The notes below the pieces were generated by a model. That model saw only the letters and a program-made list of their open reading frames with translations. It made no database searches and was not told the origin of the DNA. From positions 9,326 through 73,325 of the forward strand of contig JAOAHN010000026.1 of NCBI GenBank assembly GCA_026415215.1: a stretch of DNA of 64,000 nt, written 5' to 3'. The DNA comes from Candidatus Hydrogenedentota bacterium (lineage in GTDB: Bacteria; Hydrogenedentota; Hydrogenedentia; Hydrogenedentales; Hydrogenedentaceae). Position 1 is the stretch's first letter. Every line of letters starts with the position of its first letter. Shown here one piece after another: positions 19,896 through 31,864 of this stretch. The translations under genes and the position numbers were made by a program.

Positions 19896-20842
19896 TCTCT
19901 CACTCCTTTATCTCTATCCTCTATGAATTTCAGAACTTGGTCAAGAGATTGAACTCCGTTCGCTCCCCCCATAACTTGAACAGTCAAAGCACCTACCGCA
20001 TTAGCCAAACGAGCACACTCAAATAAGGAATAACCGTAAACATAGCCATACAAAAAGCCTCCACACGCAGCATCACCAGCACCAGTAGTATCTACTACAG
20101 GGACCTTGTATGCAGGCAGACGAATTGTTTCCTCTCCACTCTTCACAAATATACCCAACTCTCCAAGCTTTATTACTGCGACCTCAACACCATAACTTAA
20201 GTAAAAATCCGCTATTTCTTCAGGCTCATCTTTCCCCGTATAATGTTTAGCTTCCTCCCAACTTGAAAACACTATATTGGTAAAATGCAGTGCGGGCTCT
20301 ATGTGAGGTAGCCAGACACCTTTTCCATCAAAACATGTATCTATTGAAGTTTTTACTCCAAGTTCACGAGCCTTTTTAAAAACTCTGCCAATCGGCTCCC
20401 CATCAAGTCGGGGAGTTATAGAACTACCACCCCAGTGAAGAACCTTTGCTTTTGAAATTACATTGAAATCCAAGTCATCCTCACTAACACTTGCATTAGT
20501 CCCTACATGGTGAAGAAAAGTCCTCTCTCCTTGGGAGTTTATCAGAACCACCGTAGCAGATGAGCTATATTCGCTTGTCCTCTTAACCCCACTTACATCC
20601 ACTCCTGTGGATATAAGCACACTTATAATAAAATCCCCAAATTTATCATTCCCTAACTGTCCTATAAACGCTGACTTACCACCTAATTTACTAAACACTG
20701 CTGCAGTTACACCTGCTAACCCTCCAAGATGAATCTCCAATTGTGGAACGAGGGATAGTGTACCCTTTTCAGGGTATCTATCTACAGGCTTCACCATTAC
20801 ATCTGCACAAACTACACCTACTGTAACTAAGTCCACTCCCAT
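19892..20842 (-). CDS. PfkB/ribokinase-family carbohydrate kinase
   Basis: GQLGNDKFG, IKLGELG and the PfkB signature DTTGAGDAACGG. Confidence 0.93.
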   Translation of the reverse strand: MGVDLVTVGVVCADVMVKPVDRYPEKGTLSLVPQLEIHLGGLAGVTAAVFSKLGGKSAFIGQLGNDKFGDFIISVLISTGVDVSGVKRTSEYSSSATVVLINSQGERTFLHHVGTNASVSEDDLDFNVISKAKVLHWGGSSITPRLDGEPIGRVFKKARELGVKTSIDTCFDGKGVWLPHIEPALHFTNIVFSSWEEAKHYTGKDEPEEIADFYLSYGVEVAVIKLGELGIFVKSGEETIRLPAYKVPVVDTTGAGDAACGGFLYGYVYGYSLFECARLANAVGALTVQVMGGANGVQSLDQVLKFIEDRDKGVRE

Positions 20843-21143
20843 AAACTACCCTTTATTTTTTCATGCCCAAGTCCTACTTCAGTATATCAATACTGACCAC
20901 ATTTTTCAAAAAGGAGATTTTAAAATCTCAAAATAGAATCTACACCTCAATTTCTACGCTTGACCATATACAAATACTAAAATTGGAAAATTCCGAACAC
21001 TAATTTGACATAATTGTGTAAACTTTAATAAAATTGCTACCCAGGATCTGGGAAAATAGTTATACCCGCCTGAATAGTATTTCTGAGATTTACTTCCATA
21101 TCGCTCGCTCGGGTATAATCTTATCAGAGAAAGTTCATATGGA

Positions 21144-23090
21144 TTGGGACAGAGTATAGGTATGTTCAACGAGGATTTGAAAAATCTTTTTGAAGATGCT
21201 TTAGGCTTCGCCTCAATTGGTCTTGTCCGATACAAGTTAAATGGTGAGATTACATTTATAGACAAGAACGCACTTAAAATTTTCGAGATAGAAGATATTT
21301 TTCCATCACCTGAAAAGGTAATAGGCAAAAAAATCTCGGATATACAAAAGTATATACTCCCACCAGGTTCAATAAGAAAGAAGATTTTAGAAAATGGCTA
21401 TGTGCGGGCGTTTGAATACCCTCTCGAAACATTAAAAGGAAAGAAAAAGTGGTTCCTCCACCATTCTTACCTTGTGTGGGATGAAAAAAATAACGAAAAT
21501 TGTATTCAGGTAATTCTCCAAGATATAACTGAATTAAAAGAAACAAAGCTTTCTTTAGAATGGGCTATAAACAGGTTTCAAGCCATTGCAAACTCTTCAA
21601 ATGGAATAGCACTTATAAGTTTTGACTCGACCAAGCAAATAGTCCTCTGGAATAATTACGCTGAAATTCTCTACGGAATTGAGAAGAGTAAGGTTTCTAA
21701 ACTTCAAGACCTATCAAAATTTCTAACTTCCGAACAAATAAATAATTTGGAAAAACTCTTAGATAAAATATTCAAAGGCGAACCTCTAACAGAGTTGATG
21801 TGCTGGGTTATTAAAAACAAAAATGGCGAAGAAAAGAGAATTAACTTTACTATTACCCCCGTATATGGAGAGGACTGCGTGCGAGAAGCGTTATGTATAC
21901 AAATAGATACTACTAAGGAATACCTACAAAGACGAGAAATAGAACAACTACAATCTCACTTAGAACATGTAAGAAAATTAGAGAGTATAGGAACACTCGC
22001 AGCGGGGATAGCACATGAGTTTAACAATATCTTAATGGGAATCCTCGGAAATGCAGAGCTTGCTCTTCTCTACGGAGAAAATCTTCCTTCCAAAACTAAA
22101 GATTATCTTCTACAAATTAGAAAATCCACGGAACGCGCTGCCAGATTAACCCGAGAACTTCTAACTTACGCTGGAAAAGAAAAAGAACCCTTTCAAATAC
22201 TTGATTTCGGCGACTTAGTAAAACATACTCTCGAAATACTCATTCCCACTGTTCCAAAGGGAACTTTAATATCTTCTAATATAGAAGAAGGGCTATCACC
22301 AATTGAAGGGACATCTAATCAACTTATGCAATTAGTTACTCATCTATTTAATAATGCTGTAGAATCACTACCAGAATCTGCAGGAAAAATAGAGATTAAG
22401 GTAGGCAGGATTTCTTTATCCAAAGAAGAATTAGGGAAGCTGATTTTTTCCGACCACGCTAATCCAGGGGAATATATTTACTTTTCCATTACTGATACAG
22501 GTACAGGAATAAAAGAAGAACATATATCTAAAATATTCGATCCTTTCTTTTCCACAAAATTTCTTGGCAGGGGACTTGGACTCGCTACAGTAGCGACTAC
22601 GGTGAGGAATCACAAAGGAGCAATCAAGGTGGAAACAGAAGTGGGCAAAGGCTCCACTTTTACAGTATATCTCCCAGTTCTCGCAGTCAGACCTAAACAT
22701 GAAATTGAAAGTTCTAAGGGCTTAATACTCATTATAGACGATGAGCTTGAGATACAAAAGCTCTTATTTAAATCTTTATCTAAGGAAGGATACAAAGTAA
22801 TACAAGCACTAAACGGAATTGAGGGATTAAATCTACTAAACAGCTACGGAAACAAAATAGATTTACTCATATTAGATATTATCCTTCCTGATATAAGTGG
22901 GAATAAAATCCTTGCAGAAGTTAACTCCAAATATCCTGAATTACCTATTCTTATAATTTCTGGATATACAGAGGAGAGCTTAGAAAGTTCTATATCTCAC
23001 CTAAAATATTGGGATTTCATGATGAAACCTTTCTCGATCAGAGAAATTACACAGAAGATTAAAGAATTGTTCAACACAAAGAAATCTTAA
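21144..23090 (+). CDS. Cytoplasmic PAS-PAS hybrid histidine kinase with receiver domain
   Basis: H-box AGIAHEFNN, DTGTG, FSTKFLGRGLGL; REC domain IIDDE...LDIILPD...KPF. Confidence 0.92.
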   Translation: MGQSIGMFNEDLKNLFEDALGFASIGLVRYKLNGEITFIDKNALKIFEIEDIFPSPEKVIGKKISDIQKYILPPGSIRKKILENGYVRAFEYPLETLKGKKKWFLHHSYLVWDEKNNENCIQVILQDITELKETKLSLEWAINRFQAIANSSNGIALISFDSTKQIVLWNNYAEILYGIEKSKVSKLQDLSKFLTSEQINNLEKLLDKIFKGEPLTELMCWVIKNKNGEEKRINFTITPVYGEDCVREALCIQIDTTKEYLQRREIEQLQSHLEHVRKLESIGTLAAGIAHEFNNILMGILGNAELALLYGENLPSKTKDYLLQIRKSTERAARLTRELLTYAGKEKEPFQILDFGDLVKHTLEILIPTVPKGTLISSNIEEGLSPIEGTSNQLMQLVTHLFNNAVESLPESAGKIEIKVGRISLSKEELGKLIFSDHANPGEYIYFSITDTGTGIKEEHISKIFDPFFSTKFLGRGLGLATVATTVRNHKGAIKVETEVGKGSTFTVYLPVLAVRPKHEIESSKGLILIIDDELEIQKLLFKSLSKEGYKVIQALNGIEGLNLLNSYGNKIDLLILDIILPDISGNKILAEVNSKYPELPILIISGYTEESLESSISHLKYWDFMMKPFSIREITQKIKELFNTKKS

Positions 23091-24052
23091 TAACTACCAT
23101 TACAAATCGAAAGTTTCTCCTTCCCTTTCACAATAGCGGTAAGGTATCTATTCACAGGGCACCTAACACCTAACTCTTCCCCTAACCGCCAAATTGCACC
23201 ATTCAGCGCATCTATTTCTGTCCTTCTCCCAAGTTTTAAATCCTCTCGCATACTCGCATAATGCTGTGCAGTTGGAGGAATAAGCTCATTGAAAAGATGC
23301 TTAATGTAACCTTCGGGAGTAGGTATAATCATAGGAACATTCTTACACTTAGCAACCGCATAAAGTTCACATATAACCTCTTCCATGATTTGCACTGTCT
23401 CCTCCGTCTCCAACAGTCTGCCATAGGGAACATCCAAAATCGCAGACAAAGGATTCAATGCAGAATTATAAGCGACCTTCGCCCATATCAAACCCATTAT
23501 ATTCTCATGATAAAATGTAGGAATACCTGCACCATCCATTAGCCTAACTATACTTTTTACCACCTCTTCTTTTGGCCCTCCATCAAACCTTCCAAGTGCG
23601 GTAGGTTCCGCTATCACAGTGACTTGCACAAAACCTGGCTTTATTACTTTGCTCCCAAATATCACCCTTGCAGGAACTGTTCTTTCCATTCCCACATATT
23701 CAGCAATCTTTTCAACATTACCAAGCCCATTCTGATAAGAACAGACAAAAGTATCTTCTCTAAGTATCGGTAAAATGCTTTTAACCGCTACTTCAGTGTC
23801 GTAGGATTTAACTGAGATTACGACCAGGTCAAATTTGCCTTTCCATTCTTCCAAAGGATATGTGGCAATTTCAAAGCCCTTTACATGATGATTTCCCCAA
23901 ATCCCAGAAATAAACAATCCTTCTCTATTAATAGCAGAAACCACTTCTTCCCTCCCCACCAAAGCTACCTCTACACCATACTTTTTCAAAAAACCTCCTA
24001 CTACACATCCCAATGCGCCAGCACCGAAAACCAAAACCCGCATTTGTTTCAC
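23087..24052 (-). CDS. panE: 2-dehydropantoate 2-reductase
   Basis: GAGALG, VKSYD, QNGLGN, KVAYNSALNP and SMREDLKLGRRTEIDALNG. True start is probably ATG 24043. Confidence 0.92.
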   Translation of the reverse strand: MKQMRVLVFGAGALGCVVGGFLKKYGVEVALVGREEVVSAINREGLFISGIWGNHHVKGFEIATYPLEEWKGKFDLVVISVKSYDTEVAVKSILPILREDTFVCSYQNGLGNVEKIAEYVGMERTVPARVIFGSKVIKPGFVQVTVIAEPTALGRFDGGPKEEVVKSIVRLMDGAGIPTFYHENIMGLIWAKVAYNSALNPLSAILDVPYGRLLETEETVQIMEEVICELYAVAKCKNVPMIIPTPEGYIKHLFNELIPPTAQHYASMREDLKLGRRTEIDALNGAIWRLGEELGVRCPVNRYLTAIVKGKEKLSICNGSY

Positions 24053-24087
24053 TTTCTTCTTCTCCTACTCCATCAAAACAAAGTAAT

Positions 24088-26907
24088 TTAATGTATGCTT
24101 TTCCAAAACTGGTCTACTTTATCCAAAACTTCATTGATTATAAAAGGTTTCCTAATTTTAGCGAAAATAATACCCTCATATCTCTTGGGAATTTCCCTCC
24201 CCGCCCATCCACTACATAAAATTATGGGGACTTGAAACCCCTCTCTGCAATACTTATCCAGTAGCTCTTCTATTTTCCCTCGAGGTAAACTTGTATCAAA
24301 TATGACAAGCTTTATCTTAAAACATTCTTCAGACTTCAACACCAAAAGAGCATTCTGAAAATCATTCTCAGATAAAACATGGTAACCACGAGAACTGAGA
24401 ACATTAGAAATAATAGCACCCAGATTAGGCTCATCCTCTATTAATAAAATACACTCTTCCTTTTCACATTGGGATAGAATTCCTTGAACATCTTCCAATT
24501 TTTCATTTAAGTCCCCTCCTCCTGCAGGAGGTAACAATATAATTACTTTTGTTCCTTTATTCTCCTCACTCTCAACCTTTATCGCTCCTCCATGTTTACG
24601 AACTATTCCATAAACTGCAGAAAGCCCTAACCCCCTGCCCAAAAATTTGGTTGTAAAGAATGGGTCAAAAACCCTCGTCAAATTTTCTGAAGATATCCCA
24701 CATCCCGTATCCTCTATTTCTAACCCTATATATCTCCCAGCCGGCAACCCAGTATCATCAGATAAATAAGAAGATAACATCTCCTCGGTGTAAAAATTGG
24801 AAGTTGTTCTTATAACTATCTTTCCAGATTTAGGCTCAATCGCTTCAATAGAATTGGCTACTATACCCAATATCATCTGTCTCAATAAAAGACCGTCCGC
24901 TTCGATCCAGAGAGGAATCTCAGTGGTCTTTATTTCCAAATTTATTTTCCGAGGCACTGTAGCATTCACCAATGGGAAAATCTCTCTTAAAAAACTATTC
25001 AACTCAAGTGGTTTTTTAGCCAAAAAGACTCCTTTACCTGAATACAACATCATTTGTTTGCACAGCTCGGAAGCTTTGTTTATCGCATTTTGAACCTCAT
25101 TAAGATGTTCAAGCAAAGGTAAAGGAATCTCCACTGAAGAATACCCTACCTGTGCCAAATCAAGATGACCCTGCATAACCATTAGAAGATTATTAAAATC
25201 GTGTGCAAGCCCACCTACAAGGTTAGCAAGACTCTCCTTCTTCTGGAGATCCAACATCCTTTCCAACACCTGTTTCCGCTGGGTAATATTTCTCATTAAA
25301 ATTGAAAAACCCGAGATGTGCCCTGATACAGATGTAATCGGTAAAACAGAACACTCCACTATATCTCCAGAAGCCTTTGTCTTTTCGGATAGTTCAAACT
25401 CCACTACTTCAGACTTGGACTCTCTATTTATGACTCTTGAGATAGCAGAAACGAATCTATCTTTATCCTTTTCCATAATGAGGTCAAAGAAGTTTATAGA
25501 ACCTTGAGAAACTCCTTGGCCAACCATCTCGATAGCTGAACTGTTCACAAAATTTATCCTTCCGCTCACATCTATCCTAAAGTACCCCTCAACTAACTGC
25601 TCCACTATACTCCTATATAATTCTTCACTTCTTTGAATCTTTTCGTATGCTAAAACTTCCTCGGTAACATCTCTAATAATGCCGTCATAGCCCACAAATT
25701 TATTATTCTCGTCATATATAAGAACCGGAGTATTTCTAATCCACCTAATCTGTCCATCTTTTCTATAGACCCGGTGTATAATTGGGCTTTGGGGTTCTCC
25801 CCTCATTAGTGCGTTAGCATAATCAATCACCTTTTGTCTATCTTCTTCTACCACCATGTTTAACCACAAATAATGGTCTATATGAAAATCCTCGGGAGTA
25901 TAACCTGTGACACTTTCACACCCCGGTGAATGAGTTGTTTCTACAACCTCCCCATTTTGAACTTTTACATGAAAAACATAATCAGTAACCGCTTCAAGCA
26001 TTCGCTTGTATCTCTGTTCACTTTCCCTCAGCTTCTTCTCAAGCTTAGCCCGCTCATGAATATTCTCACCTATAGAAACTACCCAAACTTTATCCTCCGC
26101 AACTCTTATAGGGACATCTAACCATCTTACATAGATTTCTTCCCCCCGACTATTAAAAATAGGATGGTTCCCCAAATATGGTTCCACCATACGGTATATA
26201 TGTCTTACATACTTCTCAATGGGCTTCTTCCAAGTTTCAGGAACCGCAAACGATATAAAGTCTTTACCCAACAACTCATTAGCAGATATTAGAACCTCCC
26301 TTTCAGAAAACTCATTAACCCCCAAAATCTCCGTTGTATAGTCGGACTTTATCTCCCAAAGAAAATACATCACAGGGGCTTTTTGAAAAATCCTGTTCAA
26401 TGTCTCCTTCAGAAAACTTAAATGAGTTAACTCAGTCTCTTTGAATAATAGAGTTAAATCGCACCATAGCCAGCCGGTAATACACTCCTCTTCCAATTGT
26501 GCTAAAACCCATCCTGAAATCTTCGCAAATCTAATAGAACCCTTAAGTGTCTTAAATTTAATTTTGTTAACTTGAATATGCCCAACTTTTTTCAATGTTT
26601 CCAGATAATCTGAAAACGGAGCATCTAAAGTTATAAAATTCCAGAAGGGAGTTTTTTCCCCAACTTTTAACGACTCAGAATTGCATTCCCACAACCTCAA
26701 AATTCCTTCATTGAATCCTACTATTTCCCCTCTCCCGTTTAGTATCACCACTCCATGACAGGATTGAGAGTTAATCAGCCCAATCCACTCTTCTATCTCA
26801 GATTTTGTCGGAGTATGCGACATAAATTTTATGTTTTTAATAAGGTTTTTTCGGGAATTATTATAAAATCCAAATAATATAATACCATATCCCCAAAAAA
26901 AATTCAC
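24088..26907 (-). CDS. Multi-PAS hybrid histidine kinase with receiver domain
   Basis: Several PAS/PAC repeats (RKDGQIRWIRN), GGLAHDFNN, FTTKFLGRGLGL and a C-terminal REC domain. Confidence 0.92.
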   Translation of the reverse strand: MNFFWGYGIILFGFYNNSRKNLIKNIKFMSHTPTKSEIEEWIGLINSQSCHGVVILNGRGEIVGFNEGILRLWECNSESLKVGEKTPFWNFITLDAPFSDYLETLKKVGHIQVNKIKFKTLKGSIRFAKISGWVLAQLEEECITGWLWCDLTLLFKETELTHLSFLKETLNRIFQKAPVMYFLWEIKSDYTTEILGVNEFSEREVLISANELLGKDFISFAVPETWKKPIEKYVRHIYRMVEPYLGNHPIFNSRGEEIYVRWLDVPIRVAEDKVWVVSIGENIHERAKLEKKLRESEQRYKRMLEAVTDYVFHVKVQNGEVVETTHSPGCESVTGYTPEDFHIDHYLWLNMVVEEDRQKVIDYANALMRGEPQSPIIHRVYRKDGQIRWIRNTPVLIYDENNKFVGYDGIIRDVTEEVLAYEKIQRSEELYRSIVEQLVEGYFRIDVSGRINFVNSSAIEMVGQGVSQGSINFFDLIMEKDKDRFVSAISRVINRESKSEVVEFELSEKTKASGDIVECSVLPITSVSGHISGFSILMRNITQRKQVLERMLDLQKKESLANLVGGLAHDFNNLLMVMQGHLDLAQVGYSSVEIPLPLLEHLNEVQNAINKASELCKQMMLYSGKGVFLAKKPLELNSFLREIFPLVNATVPRKINLEIKTTEIPLWIEADGLLLRQMILGIVANSIEAIEPKSGKIVIRTTSNFYTEEMLSSYLSDDTGLPAGRYIGLEIEDTGCGISSENLTRVFDPFFTTKFLGRGLGLSAVYGIVRKHGGAIKVESEENKGTKVIILLPPAGGGDLNEKLEDVQGILSQCEKEECILLIEDEPNLGAIISNVLSSRGYHVLSENDFQNALLVLKSEECFKIKLVIFDTSLPRGKIEELLDKYCREGFQVPIILCSGWAGREIPKRYEGIIFAKIRKPFIINEVLDKVDQFWKSIH

Positions 26908-26913
26908 ACCTTT

Positions 26914-29900
26914 TCAGGGTTCGATAATTTTCTTAACAGCTTTAATAAGATCAAGCGGATGATATGGTTTCTGAAGAAATCCTGCAGGCTTCCTTTCTAC
27001 AAACTTCTTGGAGATATCGTATTCGGTAAAACCACTACAAATGATAACAGGGATGTCAGGTCTTATTTTGTAAATTTCATTAAAAACTTGGTATCCATCC
27101 ATTTCTGGCATGGTTAAATCTAATATCACCAATGTAAGTTCATTAGCCTTTTCTTTAAATCGCTCAAATGCATCCTTCCCGTTTGTTGCATAAACTACAT
27201 AGAACCCATGCCCTTTTAGAGTTTCTCCTGCCACCTCTAAAACTCCTATCTCGTCATCAGCAACTAAGACCTTTCCGGACCCTTTCCAGTTGGCAAGAAC
27301 TTGGGAATCCTCCTCTTTACGCACAATCTTTCTAACTTCTTCATTCTTTCTAACAACTGGGAAATACACCTTAAAAGAAGACCCTTTCCCCACCTCGCTA
27401 TATACATGAATCGTTCCTCCATGAGCTCTAACGATGCCGAGCACAGATGCCAACCCCAAACCTCTTCCTGTAAACTTGGTTGTAAAAAACGGGTCAAAAA
27501 TCTTCCCTAAATTTTCAGGGGGGATTCCACAACCCGTATCTGATACTTCGAGGCACACATACTCTCCGGGTGAAATCTGCTCAATGAAGTAAGATTTCTT
27601 AATCTGTTCCTCGCTCAAAGTGGTTACCCTTGTGCTTATCATTATCTTCCCTGGATTGTCGCCCAAAGCCTCGGAGGCGTTAATCAAAAGGTTCATCAAA
27701 ACTTGATGTATTTGAGTTGAATCCCCCTGCACAATGGGAAGATTCGGGTCGCAGTTAAACTCAAGTTGAGCCTTCTTAGATATAACAGCAGAAAGTAAGG
27801 GTATCATCTCTTTAACAAGTGTCGTTAGATTTAAAAATTGCTGACTCCTCACTCCCTTACCAGCATAGGCAAGCATTTGATTTGTCAATTCTGCCGCTCT
27901 ATATGCAGATTCCTCTATTCTCTTAACATAGGTGCGAGAGGGAGAGTCTTCAGGAAGTTTAGACAAGGCTAAACCAGCGTTTCCCAATATGCCTACCAGA
28001 ATATTGTTAAAGTCGTGAGCAATCCCACCTGCAAGTATTCCGAGACTCTCGAGCTTTTGAGTATGCAAAAGATGTGCTTCCATTCTCTTACGCTCTTGTT
28101 CAGCTCGTTTCCTGTCCCTGATGTCCCTTGCTATCCCTTGAATACCTATCGGAATACCTTTATCGTAGATTACTCTCGTGCTAACTTCTAAAGGTATCCT
28201 TTCTCCATTTTTAGCTATGACTTCCACTTCATACTTGGTAGGCGGAGAGCCCAAAAGTTTCTGTCTTATCCTCTCTTTTACTTCCTCAAGATACTCAGGT
28301 GCTACTAAATCGTAAACCGTAAGGTTCTCTGCCTCTTCTCGAGTATAACCTGTAATTGTAAGTGCCGCCTTGTTTAGTGAAGTGAACTTCCCCTTTAAAT
28401 CATGCGTATAGACGATATCATTCGCATTCTCGAAAAGCTCACGATATTTCTCTTCTGCCCTTTGCAATGCCTCTATTGCTTGTTTTCTCCATGTAATATC
28501 TCTAAAGAAAAGTAAATAAAATGACCTACTTGCAAGAGTGAAGTGGCCTGCTATTAGCTCTACTGGGAACTTTTCTCCATTCGCATTAATAATTTCACTC
28601 TCTGTGATGTCTCCTGCCCTTAACTCCTCTCCCGATTTTAAACCCTTAATAAATGTATTCCATTCTGGGAGAAACTCTGTTACTTTCCGGTTTAGGATGT
28701 CCTCCTCCGAGTCACCACCCAGTAGTTTTAACCCTCCTTTATTACAGCTAATTATAGTTCCCTGCTCATCTATTGCCAACAAGGCATAAGGAAGCATTCT
28801 CTCTAAAAGTTCATACTGTCTACCCTGCCTTCTCTGGACTTCTTGAACTCTGTACCACGCATATAACCATTTAACTTCTACCGAAAACATCCTTAAAAAA
28901 GTCTCATACTCTTCGAGAAAAACTTCTCTTCTCGTAGTAAAGAACAAAGAGAAACCTATGGGCTTGTCTCCAATGAATATTGGCACTGCAAAAGATTTTA
29001 TAAAGCCCTCCCTGTATAAATCACTCCAAAAGCCTCCTTCAGATGTTATATCTACTTCTATCACATCGTCGGTAGAAAAGATTCTATGGAAGTCCAACTC
29101 TGATAACTCTAATTCGAAGACTTTCTCGAGTATAGCCTTGTCTATTTCAGAATACGCAACAGCAATAGCTCTATTCTTAACCAATTTGTAAATCAACCCA
29201 GCCTCTAAACCAGCTATCTCAATAGCTGTTTTAAGCAAACTTGTAAAAGCTTCTTCCTCAGGAACTCCTTTAGTAACTTCCTCACATATCCATTTAGCTT
29301 GACTTTTAAAATATTTAGAAGATTTAGAAACAAACCTCCACTTAAATTTAGAGGAAATCTCCTGGCCTAACATTAGAAGGGTTTCCTGAGAACCGGTATT
29401 TAACTTTAATGGTAAGCAAGCCCATTGAACCAACAACCTCTCTCCCGACTTAGTTAATATCTCCGATTCAATCGATGACGGAGGCTCCCATACTCCCTCT
29501 CCACCAAAATCTAACATTTGAACTGTCTCGTCTCTAATCTCATCAGGAAGAAACTTCTCCGTCCAATCTTGTCCTACCAGCTCTTCTACATCCCATCCAG
29601 TTATCTTCTTAACATACTCGTTCACAAAAAGGATCTTACCGGCCCTCGAAACCTGAAGCACTACGATGGGCAAACTCTTAATGACACCCATCAGATGAGT
29701 TAAATCTGCACCATAAAAACCGAGAAACTCACGATTACTCTCTAAAACAGGAAACAACAAAAATAAAACAGATTGGTTATTATCTTTATCAAATCTAACT
29801 GCAACTACATAAAATCTCCTTGCTCCCTTCCCATCAAGATTCCTAATTTCCCACACCTGAAACCATGAAAACCTATCAGGATGATACACACTATCTCTAT

Positions 29901-30090
29901 ATGGATACACCACCTCTACAAATTCTAAAATCTTATTCGTAAACTTACGCTTTACACCACCTTCATGAAAACCAATTAGAGTAATAAATCCTTCAGAAAA
30001 TTTCAATAAATTTCCTTCAAGGTCGGTGATAACCCAACACACACTACTTGATTCGAGTATCTTTACTATGTCATCTCTTTTAATTTTCAT
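26914..30090 (-). CDS. PAS-GAF-PAS hybrid histidine kinase with receiver domain
   Basis: PAS repeats, a GAF-like segment ([14 protein letters not shown]), [21 protein letters not shown] and [13 protein letters not shown]...QKPY. Confidence 0.93.
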   Translation of the reverse strand: MKIKRDDIVKILESSSVCWVITDLEGNLLKFSEGFITLIGFHEGGVKRKFTNKILEFVEVVYPYRDSVYHPDRFSWFQVWEIRNLDGKGARRFYVVAVRFDKDNNQSVLFLLFPVLESNREFLGFYGADLTHLMGVIKSLPIVVLQVSRAGKILFVNEYVKKITGWDVEELVGQDWTEKFLPDEIRDETVQMLDFGGEGVWEPPSSIESEILTKSGERLLVQWACLPLKLNTGSQETLLMLGQEISSKFKWRFVSKSSKYFKSQAKWICEEVTKGVPEEEAFTSLLKTAIEIAGLEAGLIYKLVKNRAIAVAYSEIDKAILEKVFELELSELDFHRIFSTDDVIEVDITSEGGFWSDLYREGFIKSFAVPIFIGDKPIGFSLFFTTRREVFLEEYETFLRMFSVEVKWLYAWYRVQEVQRRQGRQYELLERMLPYALLAIDEQGTIISCNKGGLKLLGGDSEEDILNRKVTEFLPEWNTFIKGLKSGEELRAGDITESEIINANGEKFPVELIAGHFTLASRSFYLLFFRDITWRKQAIEALQRAEEKYRELFENANDIVYTHDLKGKFTSLNKAALTITGYTREEAENLTVYDLVAPEYLEEVKERIRQKLLGSPPTKYEVEVIAKNGERIPLEVSTRVIYDKGIPIGIQGIARDIRDRKRAEQERKRMEAHLLHTQKLESLGILAGGIAHDFNNILVGILGNAGLALSKLPEDSPSRTYVKRIEESAYRAAELTNQMLAYAGKGVRSQQFLNLTTLVKEMIPLLSAVISKKAQLEFNCDPNLPIVQGDSTQIHQVLMNLLINASEALGDNPGKIMISTRVTTLSEEQIKKSYFIEQISPGEYVCLEVSDTGCGIPPENLGKIFDPFFTTKFTGRGLGLASVLGIVRAHGGTIHVYSEVGKGSSFKVYFPVVRKNEEVRKIVRKEEDSQVLANWKGSGKVLVADDEIGVLEVAGETLKGHGFYVVYATNGKDAFERFKEKANELTLVILDLTMPEMDGYQVFNEIYKIRPDIPVIICSGFTEYDISKKFVERKPAGFLQKPYHPLDLIKAVKKIIEP

Positions 30091-30171
30091 AACTTAATCC
30101 ATTACAGAGACGCAAGTATTTTATTTTTATTTTATATATTTTTGAGAAAGGGAAATACAACTAAAACAATG

Positions 30172-31206
30172 TCATTGATCAAATAAATCTGAGAGAGAAG
30201 GTGGAAAAGTAAACCCGAAATGTTTATAAGCAATTGGTGTGGCAAGCCTTCCCTGGGGAGTCCGTTTCAGAAAACCTATCTGGATAAGATACGGCTCATG
30301 AACTTCTTCAATGGTTTGTTTTTCTTCTCCTATTGCCACTGCAAGAGACGCCAATCCCACAGGTCCGCCTGAAAACTTTTCTATGACCGTCTTCACAAGC
30401 AATCTATCCATTTCATCTAAACCAAGCTCGTCTATTCCAAGCATCTTCAATGCGGAATCTGCAACCTCTAATGTAATTATTCCATTTCCCTTTACTTGTG
30501 CATAATCCCTAACCCGTCTTAGGAGCCTATTTGCTATTCGGGCTGTACCCCTGGAACGCTTTGCTATTTCCAAACTGGCATTTTCTTCAATTTGCACATT
30601 CAGGATTCTCGCTGAGCGTAAAATAATCTTATGGAGCTCCTCTGGGGTGTAAAAATCTAACCTGCAAGTATCACCGAATCTAGCCCTGAGGGGAGGTGTA
30701 AGAAGTCCTGCCCTTGTGGTAGCTCCTATCAGGGTAAATGGTTTAAGTGGCAACTTTATGGAGCGAGCAGTCGGTCCCTTTCCTAACATAATATCTATTT
30801 CAAAATCTTCCATCGCAGAATATAAGATTTCTTCAACTGCTCTGTTCAGACGATGAATCTCGTCAATAAATAGAATATCAAATTCATTTAAGCTCGTAAG
30901 AATAGCCGATAAATCGGCTTGTCTTTCCAACACCGGACCGGATGTCTGATAAATTGCGACTCCCATTTCATGAGCTAATATCCTTGCAAGAGTGGTTTTA
31001 CCTAAACCAGGAGGCCCATAAAATAGAATATGGTCTAAAGGTTCCTTTCTTTGCCTCGCCGCACGAATGGAAATCATCAACTTCTCTTTTACTGACTCCT
31101 GCCCCGGAAAATCTTGGAACCTTTGAGGTCTAATTTGTTCATCAAACTGTTTCTCATCTTCTAAAGGTTCAGGCATTAAAATGTTTTTACCATCATCAAG
31201 TAACAT
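30172..31206 (-). CDS. ruvB: Holliday junction branch migration helicase RuvB
   Basis: [24 protein letters not shown] and [17 protein letters not shown]. Confidence 0.98.
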   Translation of the reverse strand: MLLDDGKNILMPEPLEDEKQFDEQIRPQRFQDFPGQESVKEKLMISIRAARQRKEPLDHILFYGPPGLGKTTLARILAHEMGVAIYQTSGPVLERQADLSAILTSLNEFDILFIDEIHRLNRAVEEILYSAMEDFEIDIMLGKGPTARSIKLPLKPFTLIGATTRAGLLTPPLRARFGDTCRLDFYTPEELHKIILRSARILNVQIEENASLEIAKRSRGTARIANRLLRRVRDYAQVKGNGIITLEVADSALKMLGIDELGLDEMDRLLVKTVIEKFSGGPVGLASLAVAIGEEKQTIEEVHEPYLIQIGFLKRTPQGRLATPIAYKHFGFTFPPSLSDLFDQ

Positions 31207-31811
31207 TAAAATCTGCCTCCTTTTATATACACTAACGCCTTTTTTATTAAATCTTCTACGGGCGCACCCTCTCCCAATGCTTTCTTAGCAAAATTAGATG
31301 CTTGCCTTGCCTCAGTACTATTACAACCCATAGCTACCATAGCTAAGTACACCTCATCTTCGTCTTGAGCAACTTCCTTGTGAGGAGAGAGCAGAACTGA
31401 GAGCTCCGCATCTTCACCCATCTTGTTCTTAAACTCTAATACTATACGCTGGCCTAACTTTTTACCCACTCCTGGAGATTTAGCAATCGCCTTATAATCA
31501 TTTTTCTCTACCGCAGAGAGAAAATCAGAAATGGACATAGCCGATAAGATAGACATTGCAACCTTTGGACCAATCCCATTAACTTGAAGCAACTTATTAA
31601 ACAAGATTTTTTGCTCTTCACTCTCAAATCCATATATGTCTATACTACTCTCTCTTAACAAAACAACTACCGGGATTAATATCTCCTGATACATTCTAAA
31701 TTTAGTCATAACCCCTGTAGGCACACTTACTAAGAAACCAACACCATTCACATCAAGCACCATACTTGAATTATCCAATTTAGTAACCACACCCTTTAGA
31801 TAACTGAACAT
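31206..31811 (-). CDS. ruvA: Holliday junction DNA-binding protein RuvA
   Basis: [23 protein letters not shown] and PGVGKK HhH motifs; adjacent to ruvB. Confidence 0.96.
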   Translation of the reverse strand: MFSYLKGVVTKLDNSSMVLDVNGVGFLVSVPTGVMTKFRMYQEILIPVVVLLRESSIDIYGFESEEQKILFNKLLQVNGIGPKVAMSILSAMSISDFLSAVEKNDYKAIAKSPGVGKKLGQRIVLEFKNKMGEDAELSVLLSPHKEVAQDEDEVYLAMVAMGCNSTEARQASNFAKKALGEGAPVEDLIKKALVYIKGGRF

Positions 31812-31864
31812 AAAAAGCTAAAACTCCTTTGTTTCTTTAGTATTATAAAATGAAATAATATGTA

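Noticed and set aside
30172-31864. ruvAB without an adjacent ruvC
   Set aside because: Separation of ruvC (or use of RecU/YqgF) is common and cannot be judged from one window.
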